64,000 bases of DNA. Source: a virus. The notes under the pieces were generated by a model. The model did no database searches. It had not been told where the DNA came from and was given only the letters and a program-made list of their open reading frames with translations. How positions within the stretch are numbered: position 1 is the stretch's first letter; every line of letters starts with the position of its first letter. Made by a program: the position numbers and the translations under genes. Shown piece by piece: positions 1 through 10,035 of the stretch. The stretch is taken from the IMG/VR virus record IMGVR_UViG_3300037851_000452, positions 1-64,000 of that record. One strand, written 5' to 3'.

Positions 1-400
1 TCGAAAACGGCCCGCAAGCTCCTAGGATGATAGAATCCAACCATGATTCTCCCGCCGCAAGATGGGAGAAGAGAAATACGAACACCCCTATTCCGAGTGT
101 AGAGAAACGTATGACGGTTTTTCCTCTACCACTTCTGAAGAAAGAGGATGCTAGCTTTGTTAGGCTCAAAAGAACCTTGAATACGGCCGCCAGGAGGGCG
201 AACAGGGCAAGGTTCCTCTTAGTCCTGTCCGTCTCCTTCGTGAGCTTGAAGTATTCGTTCTTAGCCTGAACCAGCTCCTCGGAACTAACAGCACACTCGG
301 CGGGAATAGATTCCACCCCCAACGTATTGGATTCCGCGTAATGGGCCTCATATGAGCCCGCCAGGTGGACAAAGCTACTAAAAACCACCGAGAAGAGCAT
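1..400 (-). CDS. Partial (runs off window) multi-TM membrane protein, possible holin
   Basis: Not in ORF track. ATG at 400 with GGAGAG SD right after the fibre stop. Reads MLFSVVFSSFVHLAG...NLALFALLAAVFKVLLSL...FSTLGIGVFVFLFSHLAAG...IILGACGPFS, open to the window edge. Confidence 0.65.
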   Translation of the reverse strand, partial: MLFSVVFSSFVHLAGSYEAHYAESNTLGVESIPAECAVSSEELVQAKNEYFKLTKETDRTKRNLALFALLAAVFKVLLSLTKLASSFFRSGRGKTVIRFSTLGIGVFVFLFSHLAAGESWLDSIILGACGPFS

Positions 401-409
401 ATTTCTCTC

Positions 410-3400
410 CTACTGTTGAGGAACAGCATCCAAACGCTTTTCCAGAGCATCGACCTTAGCCAATACCGCCTTGAGAGCTCCGTAAAGCATAGCGTACACC
501 TGGTCCGTATTAAGTCCTTTGCAGTCGGTAAGTCCGTAGGCTGGCCTAGAATTAACCGACTTCGGAAATATCTTCTCAACGTCTTGGGCAATCCAACCCA
601 GTTTTTTCCTGTCTGGTATAAACTCTTCAGACAGGCCATCTATGCCCACCTTCCAGGACCACCTCTTAAGATCCAGCTCTCTAAAATTAGAAAGGCACAG
701 CTCGTAGTCAGCCACCTCTATCTCATCCTTAACCCTCTCGTCAGAGGCAGTAATGGTCCACGTATTAGTGGAAGGCTTTCCCGCCGAGTCAGAGGCTAGT
801 TCTAAAGAGTAGGAGGGGGTTATGGATCCTATGGCCACCCTTCCGGATGCTACTTTAATGGCTACGCCAGCAGCATCGGCGTTACTGACGTACAATGCCG
901 CAGCACCGGTTGACGCGCAGCTAAAATAACCACCGCAGCCTGTTCCTTCGTTATACCCCAAGACCCCAACCCCCCCAGAAGAGGAGTTGCTTTGATGACC
1001 GTAAACCCCGACTTTTCCATTAGACTTTCCATAAACCCCATAAGAGTCTGATACTGAAGCGGCGGCAGAGTATCCATAGACCCCTGTGCCTCCATTACCG
1101 TAACCCGCCACGCCTATACCGCCGGATGCGTTATCCGCCACACCCTCTACGCCCGCAGCGCTGGAGTGGTACGCCGCAACGTACCCGTAAACCCCCTTGG
1201 CATTAACATTACCCGTATTTAGATTCTCTCCCCAGACCCCTCTAGCTGCGCTTAGACTGCCAACTGTGCCCTTAATTGCTGCGCAAGTAGTAGAAGGGGA
1301 CGCTACCTCTCCATAAACCGCGTACTGATACGTAGGACTTCCACTGGTACCCGTCAGACGCACCTTGATACCAACTGCGTCGGTATCCGTAGTAGAAGAC
1401 TCGCAATATACGCCTACGGGAGAAGAAGGATTCAAAACCACGTAACCGTCGTTACCTATAGTCATTCTACGTACAAGAGCGGTAGTAGCATTCGATACAG
1501 TGTAAAATCTAAGCTCGCACCCTCTTGCAGAAGAAGTCCAACCCTCTGTTGCGACCCCAGATACAACCGCTCCACTAGCGTAGCTTGAAGCGTCGTACTT
1601 ACCCCTAATGGCAAGACCACCAATAGTATCTGAGGAAGAAATAGCTCCTCCGGACCTAGAGCGGCATGCAGAAAAATAAGATCCATCCCCAACACTAGTG
1701 GAATCTATGTAGGAGTTAACGGCGAACTCCCTGTTGTCCCCCAGAAGAGATACTTTAATGTCCCCGCCGCTGCGTAGCTCTAACGCCCCGGACTCGTTGA
1801 CCGAATCTATCCCGTACAGTTTAGCTATTTCATTTGTATCATTACGAAGACTCAGACCCTGGTTTTGAACAGCGCTCTTCAAAGTAAGAAGTATAGATGG
1901 TGTATCCGAGTAGCCAATACCTACGTACCCATTGGCCGCAATTCTCATTCTCTCAGTAGGGGATGCTTCCCCGTCCCGAGAAGTGTAGAACGCGAGCCTA
2001 GCAGGCATGTCACCAGCGCCAGTACCCCCATCTACGAGAGCAAAGATCCACGCTCCCGGGTACATGCTCCCGCCGTACGAACCCTGAAACGCCAAGCCAC
2101 CTAAAGAGTCCCCGGAAGCAACGTTGGTGGGGGATGCAAGAGTGCCTTTTGACCTTCTAAAAGTAACGAATGTGGTCGATGAAGTAGGGTCGTTACTTGC
2201 CCCACTAATTATCGTGTTGTTGGCACTTCCCTCTGTGACAATATGCAGCTTAGCTGCCGGAGCCGCCGTGCCAATACCGACGTTACCGCTTCCAGTTATA
2301 AGGGCGTAGCTGTTACTAGACGAGAAGTATCCGCCCACGCCAGTGTTTGAGGTTGAATAAACCCCATAACCACTTCCGCTAATAGCGTACACACCTTGGC
2401 CAGATGAGGACTGTCCGTAAACACCATATCCAAGTGTGGACTCCCCACGTACCCCGTACCCAACGCCCAAGCTTAAGTCTACCCCATGAACTCCGACTCC
2501 ACCGGCGGACAGAGTATCCCCCTTAACCCCCGTCGTAAGTGATTGAGAATGAAGCTGAGCTGAAGGCGAGGCAAGAGGTGGGTCTCCAATAGACACCTTT
2601 CCCAGAGAAGTTATTCTAAGAGTCTCGGACCCATTAGACATAGTAGAGGCCCCTCTTCGATACTGGAGGTCCCCACTACCAGGCAAGTAACCTAAGACCC
2701 CTCTTTCCCCTACACCGTCTTCTGAAAAATAAATCCAGGGTGATGCCCCAGCTCCTGACCTAAGAGTAAGCTTGGCAGGCTGGTTAGAAGATCCATTCCA
2801 GCACCCATGAATGGCCAGACCTTTAGACACTACAGCCTGATACTCATCCGATCCTTGAACCACCAGCAGGTCTGAAGGCGTATTGGATCCCAGGTTCCCG
2901 ATTCTCACGGAGTCAGCGTAGACATTTCTATGCCTACCTGGACGGTCGGACTCATCGTAAGCATAATGCTCAGCCGTAATAAGTCCGTAAGCGCGCTCCA
3001 GACTGTACCTAGCGTCGTTGTAAAGGTACGAGGATATGCTAGTAGCGCTAGGGCCAATGATAGCCAGTATGGCGCGCTCTAGGGTGTCATCTACCTCCTC
3101 CTGACTTCTCAACTGCGCAGCCGCCAGAGCTCCGACGTCCGAATCTAGTATCCCCCGAAGGGTAGACATGGTCTTGTAGAGAACCGTGTACGTCCCTGCC
3201 GGAGGTGCTTTGTCTAAATGAACTCGAACGTTGTAGAAAAAGTCCCCGTCCGTCTTTATGACTAAGGCCCCAAGAGTGCCCGTAGTGTTTAAGAAGACGG
3301 AGCTCCAATCAGAGCCCAAGAGCTCCAAGGTCTCGTCGTCAATTACGGACTTAACCCGGTAGCTCCCATTGTTGCTGTAAGGAGTAGAAGTAGAGTGTCC

Positions 3401-4645
3401 CGATATGGTGACCAGGTCTCCAGCAAGAAGTCCTGCCGAAGTAAAAGACGCCCCAGAGCAGACGACCCTATTGTTCAGGTCAATGCGAGAGATGGTCGTA
3501 GAAGCCACCTTGGTTTTTTGAACCTTCTCCACCCGGTCGCTGGGAGAAGACACGTCGTACAAACCGTCAACCCGGACGGTCCACGGAGTAAGGACCTTCT
3601 TCTGAACGCTGATGCTCGGGGTAGTGGTTATAGTCACCACCGCCCCGTTAGAGTCCACGTTAGATACCCTGACGGTAGTTCCACTAACGTATTCGATGAT
3701 CTTAAGAGGAGCTCCAGAAAGAGTTCCCAGGTTGGCGTGTGTGCCAACAAGGTACTTGTCCTGAGTTGCATCAGAGGCAGAAAACACAGAACCCGAAGCA
3801 ACAAACTGAATGCCCTCACCCCCAGAAGAGGCTGTTGGGCTATAAACACCTGTTGTAGCTGCTCCGTCGTTAACGAACTCCCGAACTACTACCTCTCCGT
3901 AGTCACTGTCCAAAAAGGACACTACATTCTCGAGGTCGTCTGCGTCAGGTAACGGAGAAGGGCCAACTAGTCCCGTAAAGACGCTATCTGCCAAGTCGAA
4001 AGAGGTATCTGTCCCGTTCATAACTACGGAGACCTCTTTCAAGCCGGCCAGACGCTTATGCTCCAAGAACCCGTGGTTCCTATCCAGATTCCAGGCAAGC
4101 TGAAAAATAGACCTGTTGAACGCGGACGACGAGATGCTCTCGCCTTCTGACCAGGCCAACTGCCTATAGGGAATGCGCTGCTTGTACCAATCCACCATGG
4201 GGGCCTCAGTAGGCTCCCCACCACGGCTCTCCATCCCCGAGAAAAGCCCTAGCTTGTACAAGACGTCTTTTGGGCTGGAGGCGGGGTCCGTGTAGATGCC
4301 CACGAAGCTCGACTCTCCAACGGTCGGGCTCTCTATCCGCAAGAACCCATTCTCGTTCTTGGCTACGGTGGACCCTACCGCCGTGTTAATGGTTGAGATC
4401 ACCGTAGCCAGGCTCAGTAAACCAGAGCCCACGAACGGTATGGAGTACGTCGTACCGTCTATCTTAAGGTCAAAAGAACGACCTGCGATATCATAGCCCG
4501 AGCCTTCCCTTACAAGGCCAAGGACAGATGCCTGGTACTTCACCAGACCCGGCTTAAGACCGGCCGTAACGCCAGACAAAGCCGGCTGGTAGAGCCAAGA
4601 ACCAATCATCGAAGGAGCATCTAAGTAAGAAAAAGGCTGGGCCAT
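410..4645 (-). CDS. Long tail fibre with C-terminal peptidase S74 intramolecular chaperone
   Basis: GNVGIG/ERMRI fibre motifs and G-V-Y-G repeats. C-terminal SDERVKDEI...LGWIAQDVEKIFP...coiled coil matches the S74 domain. Confidence 0.85.
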   Translation of the reverse strand: MAQPFSYLDAPSMIGSWLYQPALSGVTAGLKPGLVKYQASVLGLVREGSGYDIAGRSFDLKIDGTTYSIPFVGSGLLSLATVISTINTAVGSTVAKNENGFLRIESPTVGESSFVGIYTDPASSPKDVLYKLGLFSGMESRGGEPTEAPMVDWYKQRIPYRQLAWSEGESISSSAFNRSIFQLAWNLDRNHGFLEHKRLAGLKEVSVVMNGTDTSFDLADSVFTGLVGPSPLPDADDLENVVSFLDSDYGEVVVREFVNDGAATTGVYSPTASSGGEGIQFVASGSVFSASDATQDKYLVGTHANLGTLSGAPLKIIEYVSGTTVRVSNVDSNGAVVTITTTPSISVQKKVLTPWTVRVDGLYDVSSPSDRVEKVQKTKVASTTISRIDLNNRVVCSGASFTSAGLLAGDLVTISGHSTSTPYSNNGSYRVKSVIDDETLELLGSDWSSVFLNTTGTLGALVIKTDGDFFYNVRVHLDKAPPAGTYTVLYKTMSTLRGILDSDVGALAAAQLRSQEEVDDTLERAILAIIGPSATSISSYLYNDARYSLERAYGLITAEHYAYDESDRPGRHRNVYADSVRIGNLGSNTPSDLLVVQGSDEYQAVVSKGLAIHGCWNGSSNQPAKLTLRSGAGASPWIYFSEDGVGERGVLGYLPGSGDLQYRRGASTMSNGSETLRITSLGKVSIGDPPLASPSAQLHSQSLTTGVKGDTLSAGGVGVHGVDLSLGVGYGVRGESTLGYGVYGQSSSGQGVYAISGSGYGVYSTSNTGVGGYFSSSNSYALITGSGNVGIGTAAPAAKLHIVTEGSANNTIISGASNDPTSSTTFVTFRRSKGTLASPTNVASGDSLGGLAFQGSYGGSMYPGAWIFALVDGGTGAGDMPARLAFYTSRDGEASPTERMRIAANGYVGIGYSDTPSILLTLKSAVQNQGLSLRNDTNEIAKLYGIDSVNESGALELRSGGDIKVSLLGDNREFAVNSYIDSTSVGDGSYFSACRSRSGGAISSSDTIGGLAIRGKYDASSYASGAVVSGVATEGWTSSARGCELRFYTVSNATTALVRRMTIGNDGYVVLNPSSPVGVYCESSTTDTDAVGIKVRLTGTSGSPTYQYAVYGEVASPSTTCAAIKGTVGSLSAARGVWGENLNTGNVNAKGVYGYVAAYHSSAAGVEGVADNASGGIGVAGYGNGGTGVYGYSAAASVSDSYGVYGKSNGKVGVYGHQSNSSSGGVGVLGYNEGTGCGGYFSCASTGAAALYVSNADAAGVAIKVASGRVAIGSITPSYSLELASDSAGKPSTNTWTITASDERVKDEIEVADYELCLSNFRELDLKRWSWKVGIDGLSEEFIPDRKKLGWIAQDVEKIFPKSVNSRPAYGLTDCKGLNTDQVYAMLYGALKAVLAKVDALEKRLDAVPQQ

Positions 4646-4660
4646 TGAAGTTCCCCTTAA

Positions 4661-5242
4661 TTAGAGACGGAGCTCCCAACGAAGCTCCAACGAAAAGTCC
4701 ACAGTCTTAGTAATGCCTTCAAACGCTTTGTAGGCAGCAGGAGGATTAGTCCCAAGAGACGGGTTCAACGTGGTAAGACCCCCAACGGTATACTCTACGT
4801 CCTCAGTACCACCCATGCTGGCAGGGCTGACGTCTCCGAAAAGGGCAGCCTCAGTAATCACGATCGGACCGCCCAAGCTAATCTCAGTTCCAGAGAACGT
4901 CCGAATGAATCGAACCGAGGTGGACGTCGGAAACTCTACGGACTGAACTGGAACCAAATAGATTCCCGTAAGTACCGGAGTAGGAGCCGCTAAAGATGTC
5001 AGGGACGTCACTTCAAGATTGGCCCCCGTACCCACTCCAAACCAGCGAATACGTCGATGGGTGTACGGAACGTCTGTGGCTGCAATAGTTTGCCAAGCCA
5101 GTAGCTTGGCAATCATGTTCTTGCCAGTAGTGGTAAAGACGTTGTGTCCCTCACGGCGGTCAACTATCTTTCCACGTTCACGAAGAATGGCCTCAAAGTT
5201 TGATTCAAGGCCAATGTCTCTCATCGGGTCAGAAAACTTCAC
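4661..5242 (-). CDS. Baseplate/tail-collar fibre-attachment protein
   Basis: HNVFTTTGKNMIA...FGVGTG...ITEAALF pattern typical of fibre-collar N-terminal domains; lies between wedge and fibre genes. Confidence 0.6.
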   Translation of the reverse strand: MKFSDPMRDIGLESNFEAILRERGKIVDRREGHNVFTTTGKNMIAKLLAWQTIAATDVPYTHRRIRWFGVGTGANLEVTSLTSLAAPTPVLTGIYLVPVQSVEFPTSTSVRFIRTFSGTEISLGGPIVITEAALFGDVSPASMGGTEDVEYTVGGLTTLNPSLGTNPPAAYKAFEGITKTVDFSLELRWELRL

Positions 5243-8200
5243 GACTTCCTCCGCTCAATAGCGTACTGGTACTGCGTGCCGGGGTCACTAGTAAAGGGCT
5301 GATACACGGCCAACGCCGTCCCGCTGGCTGACGTTATGGTAAAAGACAACCCCGTGTTGGGGGCTCCGGACGGGCCTGTTATGTGCAATCGATCTCCCTG
5401 CAAAACCCCCAACCGTAAAGGAGACGCAGAAGGTGGTCCCTCAAACGAGAACGGGGCCCCTGAATATGCGGGGTCCAAAACGAAGGAGGAGGCGGGTATC
5501 ACGTAGTTAACCTGGGCCGCGCTGTAGTAAGTGGAGCTCTTGATACCAGCAAACGCCGTGGCTACGGTAGAACGAGAAGACATACACCAATAATTCACCG
5601 CGTACGACGTGGGCATAGTCAACTCGGTCCAGCTCGAACCTCCGTCGGAAGAAACATATGCTTTTGGAAGGTCGCTGATAGAAGATACGGCCGATACAAC
5701 CAGGCTCCCGTCGTAGTAGATGCCTGCTGAAACTATGTTCTTCAGGCTCGACGGAACCGTTGACGAAGACCAGCTGACCCCGTCACTAGAAGTGTAGTGA
5801 GCAGCAATATACCCGTAAAGGTATCCGCTCCCAAAAGCATGCCACTTAGAAGTACCGCTGTTCCAAAACACGGAGTAGAAATATAACTCAGCGGCAGCGC
5901 CTAGATCGTAAGGACCTCCCCAAGTAGACCCGCCGTCAGTAGAAACGTAGGAACTGGGATTTCCTGACCCAGCTCGGCACACTATAGCCACAACTCTACC
6001 ATCAGGCTTAGCTGCAATGGCTGTGCCTACCCTTTGACTAAGAGACCCTAATTGAGCGGGGCCGCTCCATGTAGACCCATCGGTGGACGTAAAAACTATG
6101 GGGTATCCAAAATCGTCGTCGGTTCCTATAGCAAACCACTTGCTGTGGAACGGCGAGTAGCAAACCCCCATCAGCTTTCTTCCGGTACCCCCAAAACCTG
6201 CCCAGCTTGTCTCAGACCACGAAGTGCCGTTCGTAGAAGTCCAAGAGGCCACGTTGTTTCCGGCCTTTCCAACAATAACCCAGCGCCCTGCCTGGTCATG
6301 AGCAATATCCCTAGGGTGCGTGTCTGAAGTGCTAGAAATGGCCGCGTATGACCAGCTCGACATATTGGTGGTTCTGAAGATGGAGGGGTTTCCAGCACCA
6401 CTCCCTCTAGCACACATGATCCACGTACCCTGCCCGTTATTAGCCATCTTCGCAAAAGAGTTATAGGCGTTTGGGGTCGTATTCTCATACAGGTACGTTC
6501 CTACCGACCCAGAACTCGCTCTTAAGTAGTTGTTAGAGGAAGAAGACCCCAAGATACGACAAGAGGCAATTTCCGTCTGGTCAGGAAGATGAACCACCGC
6601 CCTTCTTTGAGATGCCTCGTTTAGGCCTGCAATGTAAGACCTGTCTATGTAGGCCACTCCAGCGCTAACATAGCCCTTAACCAAGTATCTTCCGTCGCTA
6701 CGAACATCGTAAGACCGTGAAATGGGAATGTAGGTACCTACCAACTCCGGAAGAAAGGCGTCTTGGGGATTAGTAGTGGAGTTAGCTACGAACGAGTTTA
6801 TACATATGAGGGACGCGGATAAGTGGTGTGAATGGCACCCAGCAACCATTCGGGGAAGAAGACTGGGACGTACAACCCTAAACAGTAGACCAGAAGCGGT
6901 AGACAAAGACGGGGTACTTCCGTCTAGGTTGCGCAGCCGAACCTGGGTCTCCGATATGGACGGAGGAACAAACGGCGGACCTGGGCTAGCCGGTATCAAA
7001 GCCTCGACCAGGTACTCTCCATTGTTGGTCGCTGACTCTATTACCAAAAGGTCCCCAGGGCCTACGGAATTGCTGACGAACTTGGCGGAAGCAGAGGTCA
7101 CTATGTTGTTGGAAGCAGAAGCCTGAAGGTCGTCCCCTATCACCAGGGGATTAACATCCCTTCTAACTACGCAACAAGTCAAATTGTCCCCCTCTGGAAT
7201 TCCCACCAGAGACGGAGAACCGACCTCGTAGTAGTCAGCTGCTAGGTCCGCTCTCTTAAGAGATACAGTGTTGCCATCAATTATTGAGTCGATCTCATAC
7301 GCTGAGGGGTTGTTCTTGTACGAGCCATCTTGCGCCGAAGCTACCACCAAGAGGTCACCCGGCTGAGCTGGAAGAGCGGAGGAAATGAACCGTCTCACCC
7401 GGATAAAAGAACCCCACCCAGTAGGGGTATAGGCCTTATACGTTCCAGAGTCGTTGTATACCCTAACGTCCCTAAGCATTCTCGGGGTCCTAGTATGGTA
7501 GGACCGGTCTGCCATCAAGCGAGAGGTCTGATCATCGGGATAGTATACGGCGTCGTCGTTATAGTTCTTAGAATACCCAGCCGACCATAGAGTGAACCCC
7601 TGCCCATTCTCGTCCGAGGTTTTCTTTACGGCCTCCGTTCCAAAAGGAGCGTCGTAAAGAACCATGCCCCCGCTTCCACCAAGAATGTGCTCAAACTCTA
7701 GTTCGTCTTCCAATTCCTTTATGGCAGCGACCAGGACGTTAGTGTATGTGGCCTTGATTTGACTAATAAAGTCAAACGCCAAGGCTCTAGCCTCTTCAGA
7801 AAAGACACGACTGTCCACCGACACATAGAACGAGAAGAACTTTAGTATCTCCATTCCGTAGAAGGCGCGCTTCCACCAGTAAGGGTCTTTTACATAATCA
7901 GTTACCTCTACACCCCTCGACAAGGGAGAGAATCGATCAACTATATCCCCCGCTGCGTACTCTGACCCCGTGGCCGAGTTGATCTCCAAGCCAACAGACA
8001 TGGGGTAGAAATAGAACCTTCGTACCCCAAGCTTTCGGTCATTATCATCCAGGTCTTCTACTAGGATTCTTCCCAAATCAGACCCGTAGATGTCCTTTGA
8101 AAAATACGGAGATACTTCCAGAACCACTCCCCGCTCCTCAGAGAACGGTAGTCCCAAAAGTATCTGAAGACCCAGACGGACGTTCGCTAAAGTTGGTCCT

Positions 8201-10035
8201 GTAGTGTACGAGTAGAATAAACCCTTCACCGCGCTGAGATACGATGTCTTGGTTTGTCGAAGGTCAAAGTCGTTCTTCAATAACCCAACCAGGCGCCCAA
8301 AATTAGTCTCAATGGCAGAGCTGTTGTCGTAAAAGACGCACTCTGCCCACCAGGCTTCTGGGGAAGGGTCGGTGGGTTTGAATATGCCTGATAAGAACTG
8401 TATGGATCCCCCCTCAACAATGTAGTCTAGATTCTCTCGAAGGACTACGGGAGGGTCTTTTGGGGTCTCTTGAAGAGCTGGTACGCTGACTAAAGCCTTG
8501 TCTACAACTAAGACGCTGTTGTGAATTACCTTCTTGGCCCTAAAAGATATGCGGTAGGTGGAAAAAGGACGGGCGCTTAGATTTATTCCTGTAGGCATAA
8601 ACGCAATAAGAGCGTTGGCCGCTTTGGTGGCATCCGTGTCACTCCACTCAGGAGGCACTATCTTCAGATCTCTCACTAGCTGAGTGAACAACGGCCTAGA
8701 GTACGCTTTCTCCCCGGCAACGAGGTCCTCTATCTCGAACTCAAACCCTAGACGAGAGCCCCGAACACCTACTACCTGAGCTCGAATCTCTGCATGTAGT
8801 CCGGTATCGTTACGAGCAACGTCAAATACCAGAACGTCCCCGGCTCGTACCCCAGATGCCTCCAGGTTCAGCCCAGGTATATGCAGCAGGTTAGGTATTC
8901 TCCAACTGACGTTTACCTCTCCGTCAGGTACCTCGTTCTCCACTACGGATGCCGAAGAATAGTAACGAGTTACTGTGTATGAAACCCCAGAAGACCCCAA
9001 GAACGATACTGACGACCCGTCAGTTGCCGTCACTGTTAAAAGAGTTGCAGATACTCCGGACACCAGATAAGTCCCAGAATCAGACCCAGAAAGTATCTGT
9101 ACTTGGTCTCCAGCTTTGACTCCGCTGTTTACAAAATCTGCGGATAAAGAAGTCAGTTGGTTTGACAGTGCTGTTGTAGAACCGTCGGAACCGTCACACA
9201 TTTTCAAAGGGATAGTGCCTACGCTTCTTATAGTGTAGCACCCGCCATTGGCTACGATGACTCTACCCTTAGGACCGTAGTTACCTTTTAGAACTGTAAA
9301 ATCGCTTTTGGTAACGCTGCCTACGGAGCCAAACTCTACATAGATGTTGGAGGTAGTGCCTACGCCGGGTTTTACTCCTGGAGTGCCGGTGTACCCACTA
9401 GTTCCAGAATCGTTCTTGCCGACGATTATTCTCTGGTCAGCATACTCGTACAGTTCCGTGATCGAAGACAGCTTCTGCCACCGCCTCTGCCTATTTGACT
9501 GTATAGTGGCAATGGATTTGTCGTAGTCGGCCGACCATAGCTTTATCAGCTCTGCGCCTATTAGCTGCATGGTGGACGACCAGATAGAGGTAATCACCTC
9601 CCGATCTTCCACGAGAGACCAAAAGTTGGAGATGTAGTCCCATAAGAACCTGGACTCCGGAACGATGTTCTCCCCGCAGGGTACTCCAGAAAGCTGGATG
9701 CCTATCGTGGCCGTCACTGGGGAGCTGATAAGGTCGCCGTTGGTTACCGTAAGCTCTACAACGTAAAAACCCGTCTTGTCTGGAGTGAACGATACCGCCG
9801 CGCTGTTTGGTCGGATGTCCCTAAAACTGGAGTCCTCTAAGAGACTACCCAACGGTACTTGAACAAATCGCCACTTCCAAAACAGGCGCTTCTTGTTCGG
9901 GTCGTAACTCTTTCGGCCGTCCAGCTGAATGATGGAACCGACGACAGCGTCTATGCGCTGAGCAGCTAATACGGCTACAGGTATTCTTACCGGGCTTCCG
10001 GTCTCGGCAATGGTCAGTTTTCTTGTAGTTGTCAT
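5239..10035 (-). CDS. Large baseplate wedge-like protein with N-terminal PKD/Ig domain and Asp-box beta-propeller
   Basis: N-terminal IQLDGRKSYDP...FTPDKTGFYVVELTVTNG (PKD-like); central GPTLANVRLGLQILLGLP and FISQIKATYT wedge-like segments; six (S/T)xxGxxW-like Asp-box repeats near the C-terminus. Confidence 0.7.
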   Translation of the reverse strand: MTTTRKLTIAETGSPVRIPVAVLAAQRIDAVVGSIIQLDGRKSYDPNKKRLFWKWRFVQVPLGSLLEDSSFRDIRPNSAAVSFTPDKTGFYVVELTVTNGDLISSPVTATIGIQLSGVPCGENIVPESRFLWDYISNFWSLVEDREVITSIWSSTMQLIGAELIKLWSADYDKSIATIQSNRQRRWQKLSSITELYEYADQRIIVGKNDSGTSGYTGTPGVKPGVGTTSNIYVEFGSVGSVTKSDFTVLKGNYGPKGRVIVANGGCYTIRSVGTIPLKMCDGSDGSTTALSNQLTSLSADFVNSGVKAGDQVQILSGSDSGTYLVSGVSATLLTVTATDGSSVSFLGSSGVSYTVTRYYSSASVVENEVPDGEVNVSWRIPNLLHIPGLNLEASGVRAGDVLVFDVARNDTGLHAEIRAQVVGVRGSRLGFEFEIEDLVAGEKAYSRPLFTQLVRDLKIVPPEWSDTDATKAANALIAFMPTGINLSARPFSTYRISFRAKKVIHNSVLVVDKALVSVPALQETPKDPPVVLRENLDYIVEGGSIQFLSGIFKPTDPSPEAWWAECVFYDNSSAIETNFGRLVGLLKNDFDLRQTKTSYLSAVKGLFYSYTTGPTLANVRLGLQILLGLPFSEERGVVLEVSPYFSKDIYGSDLGRILVEDLDDNDRKLGVRRFYFYPMSVGLEINSATGSEYAAGDIVDRFSPLSRGVEVTDYVKDPYWWKRAFYGMEILKFFSFYVSVDSRVFSEEARALAFDFISQIKATYTNVLVAAIKELEDELEFEHILGGSGGMVLYDAPFGTEAVKKTSDENGQGFTLWSAGYSKNYNDDAVYYPDDQTSRLMADRSYHTRTPRMLRDVRVYNDSGTYKAYTPTGWGSFIRVRRFISSALPAQPGDLLVVASAQDGSYKNNPSAYEIDSIIDGNTVSLKRADLAADYYEVGSPSLVGIPEGDNLTCCVVRRDVNPLVIGDDLQASASNNIVTSASAKFVSNSVGPGDLLVIESATNNGEYLVEALIPASPGPPFVPPSISETQVRLRNLDGSTPSLSTASGLLFRVVRPSLLPRMVAGCHSHHLSASLICINSFVANSTTNPQDAFLPELVGTYIPISRSYDVRSDGRYLVKGYVSAGVAYIDRSYIAGLNEASQRRAVVHLPDQTEIASCRILGSSSSNNYLRASSGSVGTYLYENTTPNAYNSFAKMANNGQGTWIMCARGSGAGNPSIFRTTNMSSWSYAAISSTSDTHPRDIAHDQAGRWVIVGKAGNNVASWTSTNGTSWSETSWAGFGGTGRKLMGVCYSPFHSKWFAIGTDDDFGYPIVFTSTDGSTWSGPAQLGSLSQRVGTAIAAKPDGRVVAIVCRAGSGNPSSYVSTDGGSTWGGPYDLGAAAELYFYSVFWNSGTSKWHAFGSGYLYGYIAAHYTSSDGVSWSSSTVPSSLKNIVSAGIYYDGSLVVSAVSSISDLPKAYVSSDGGSSWTELTMPTSYAVNYWCMSSRSTVATAFAGIKSSTYYSAAQVNYVIPASSFVLDPAYSGAPFSFEGPPSASPLRLGVLQGDRLHITGPSGAPNTGLSFTITSASGTALAVYQPFTSDPGTQYQYAIERRKS

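Noticed and set aside
166-639. 157-aa minus ORF in the track
   Set aside because: Alternate frame overlapping the fibre end. The better gene starts at ATG 400 with an SD and runs off the window.
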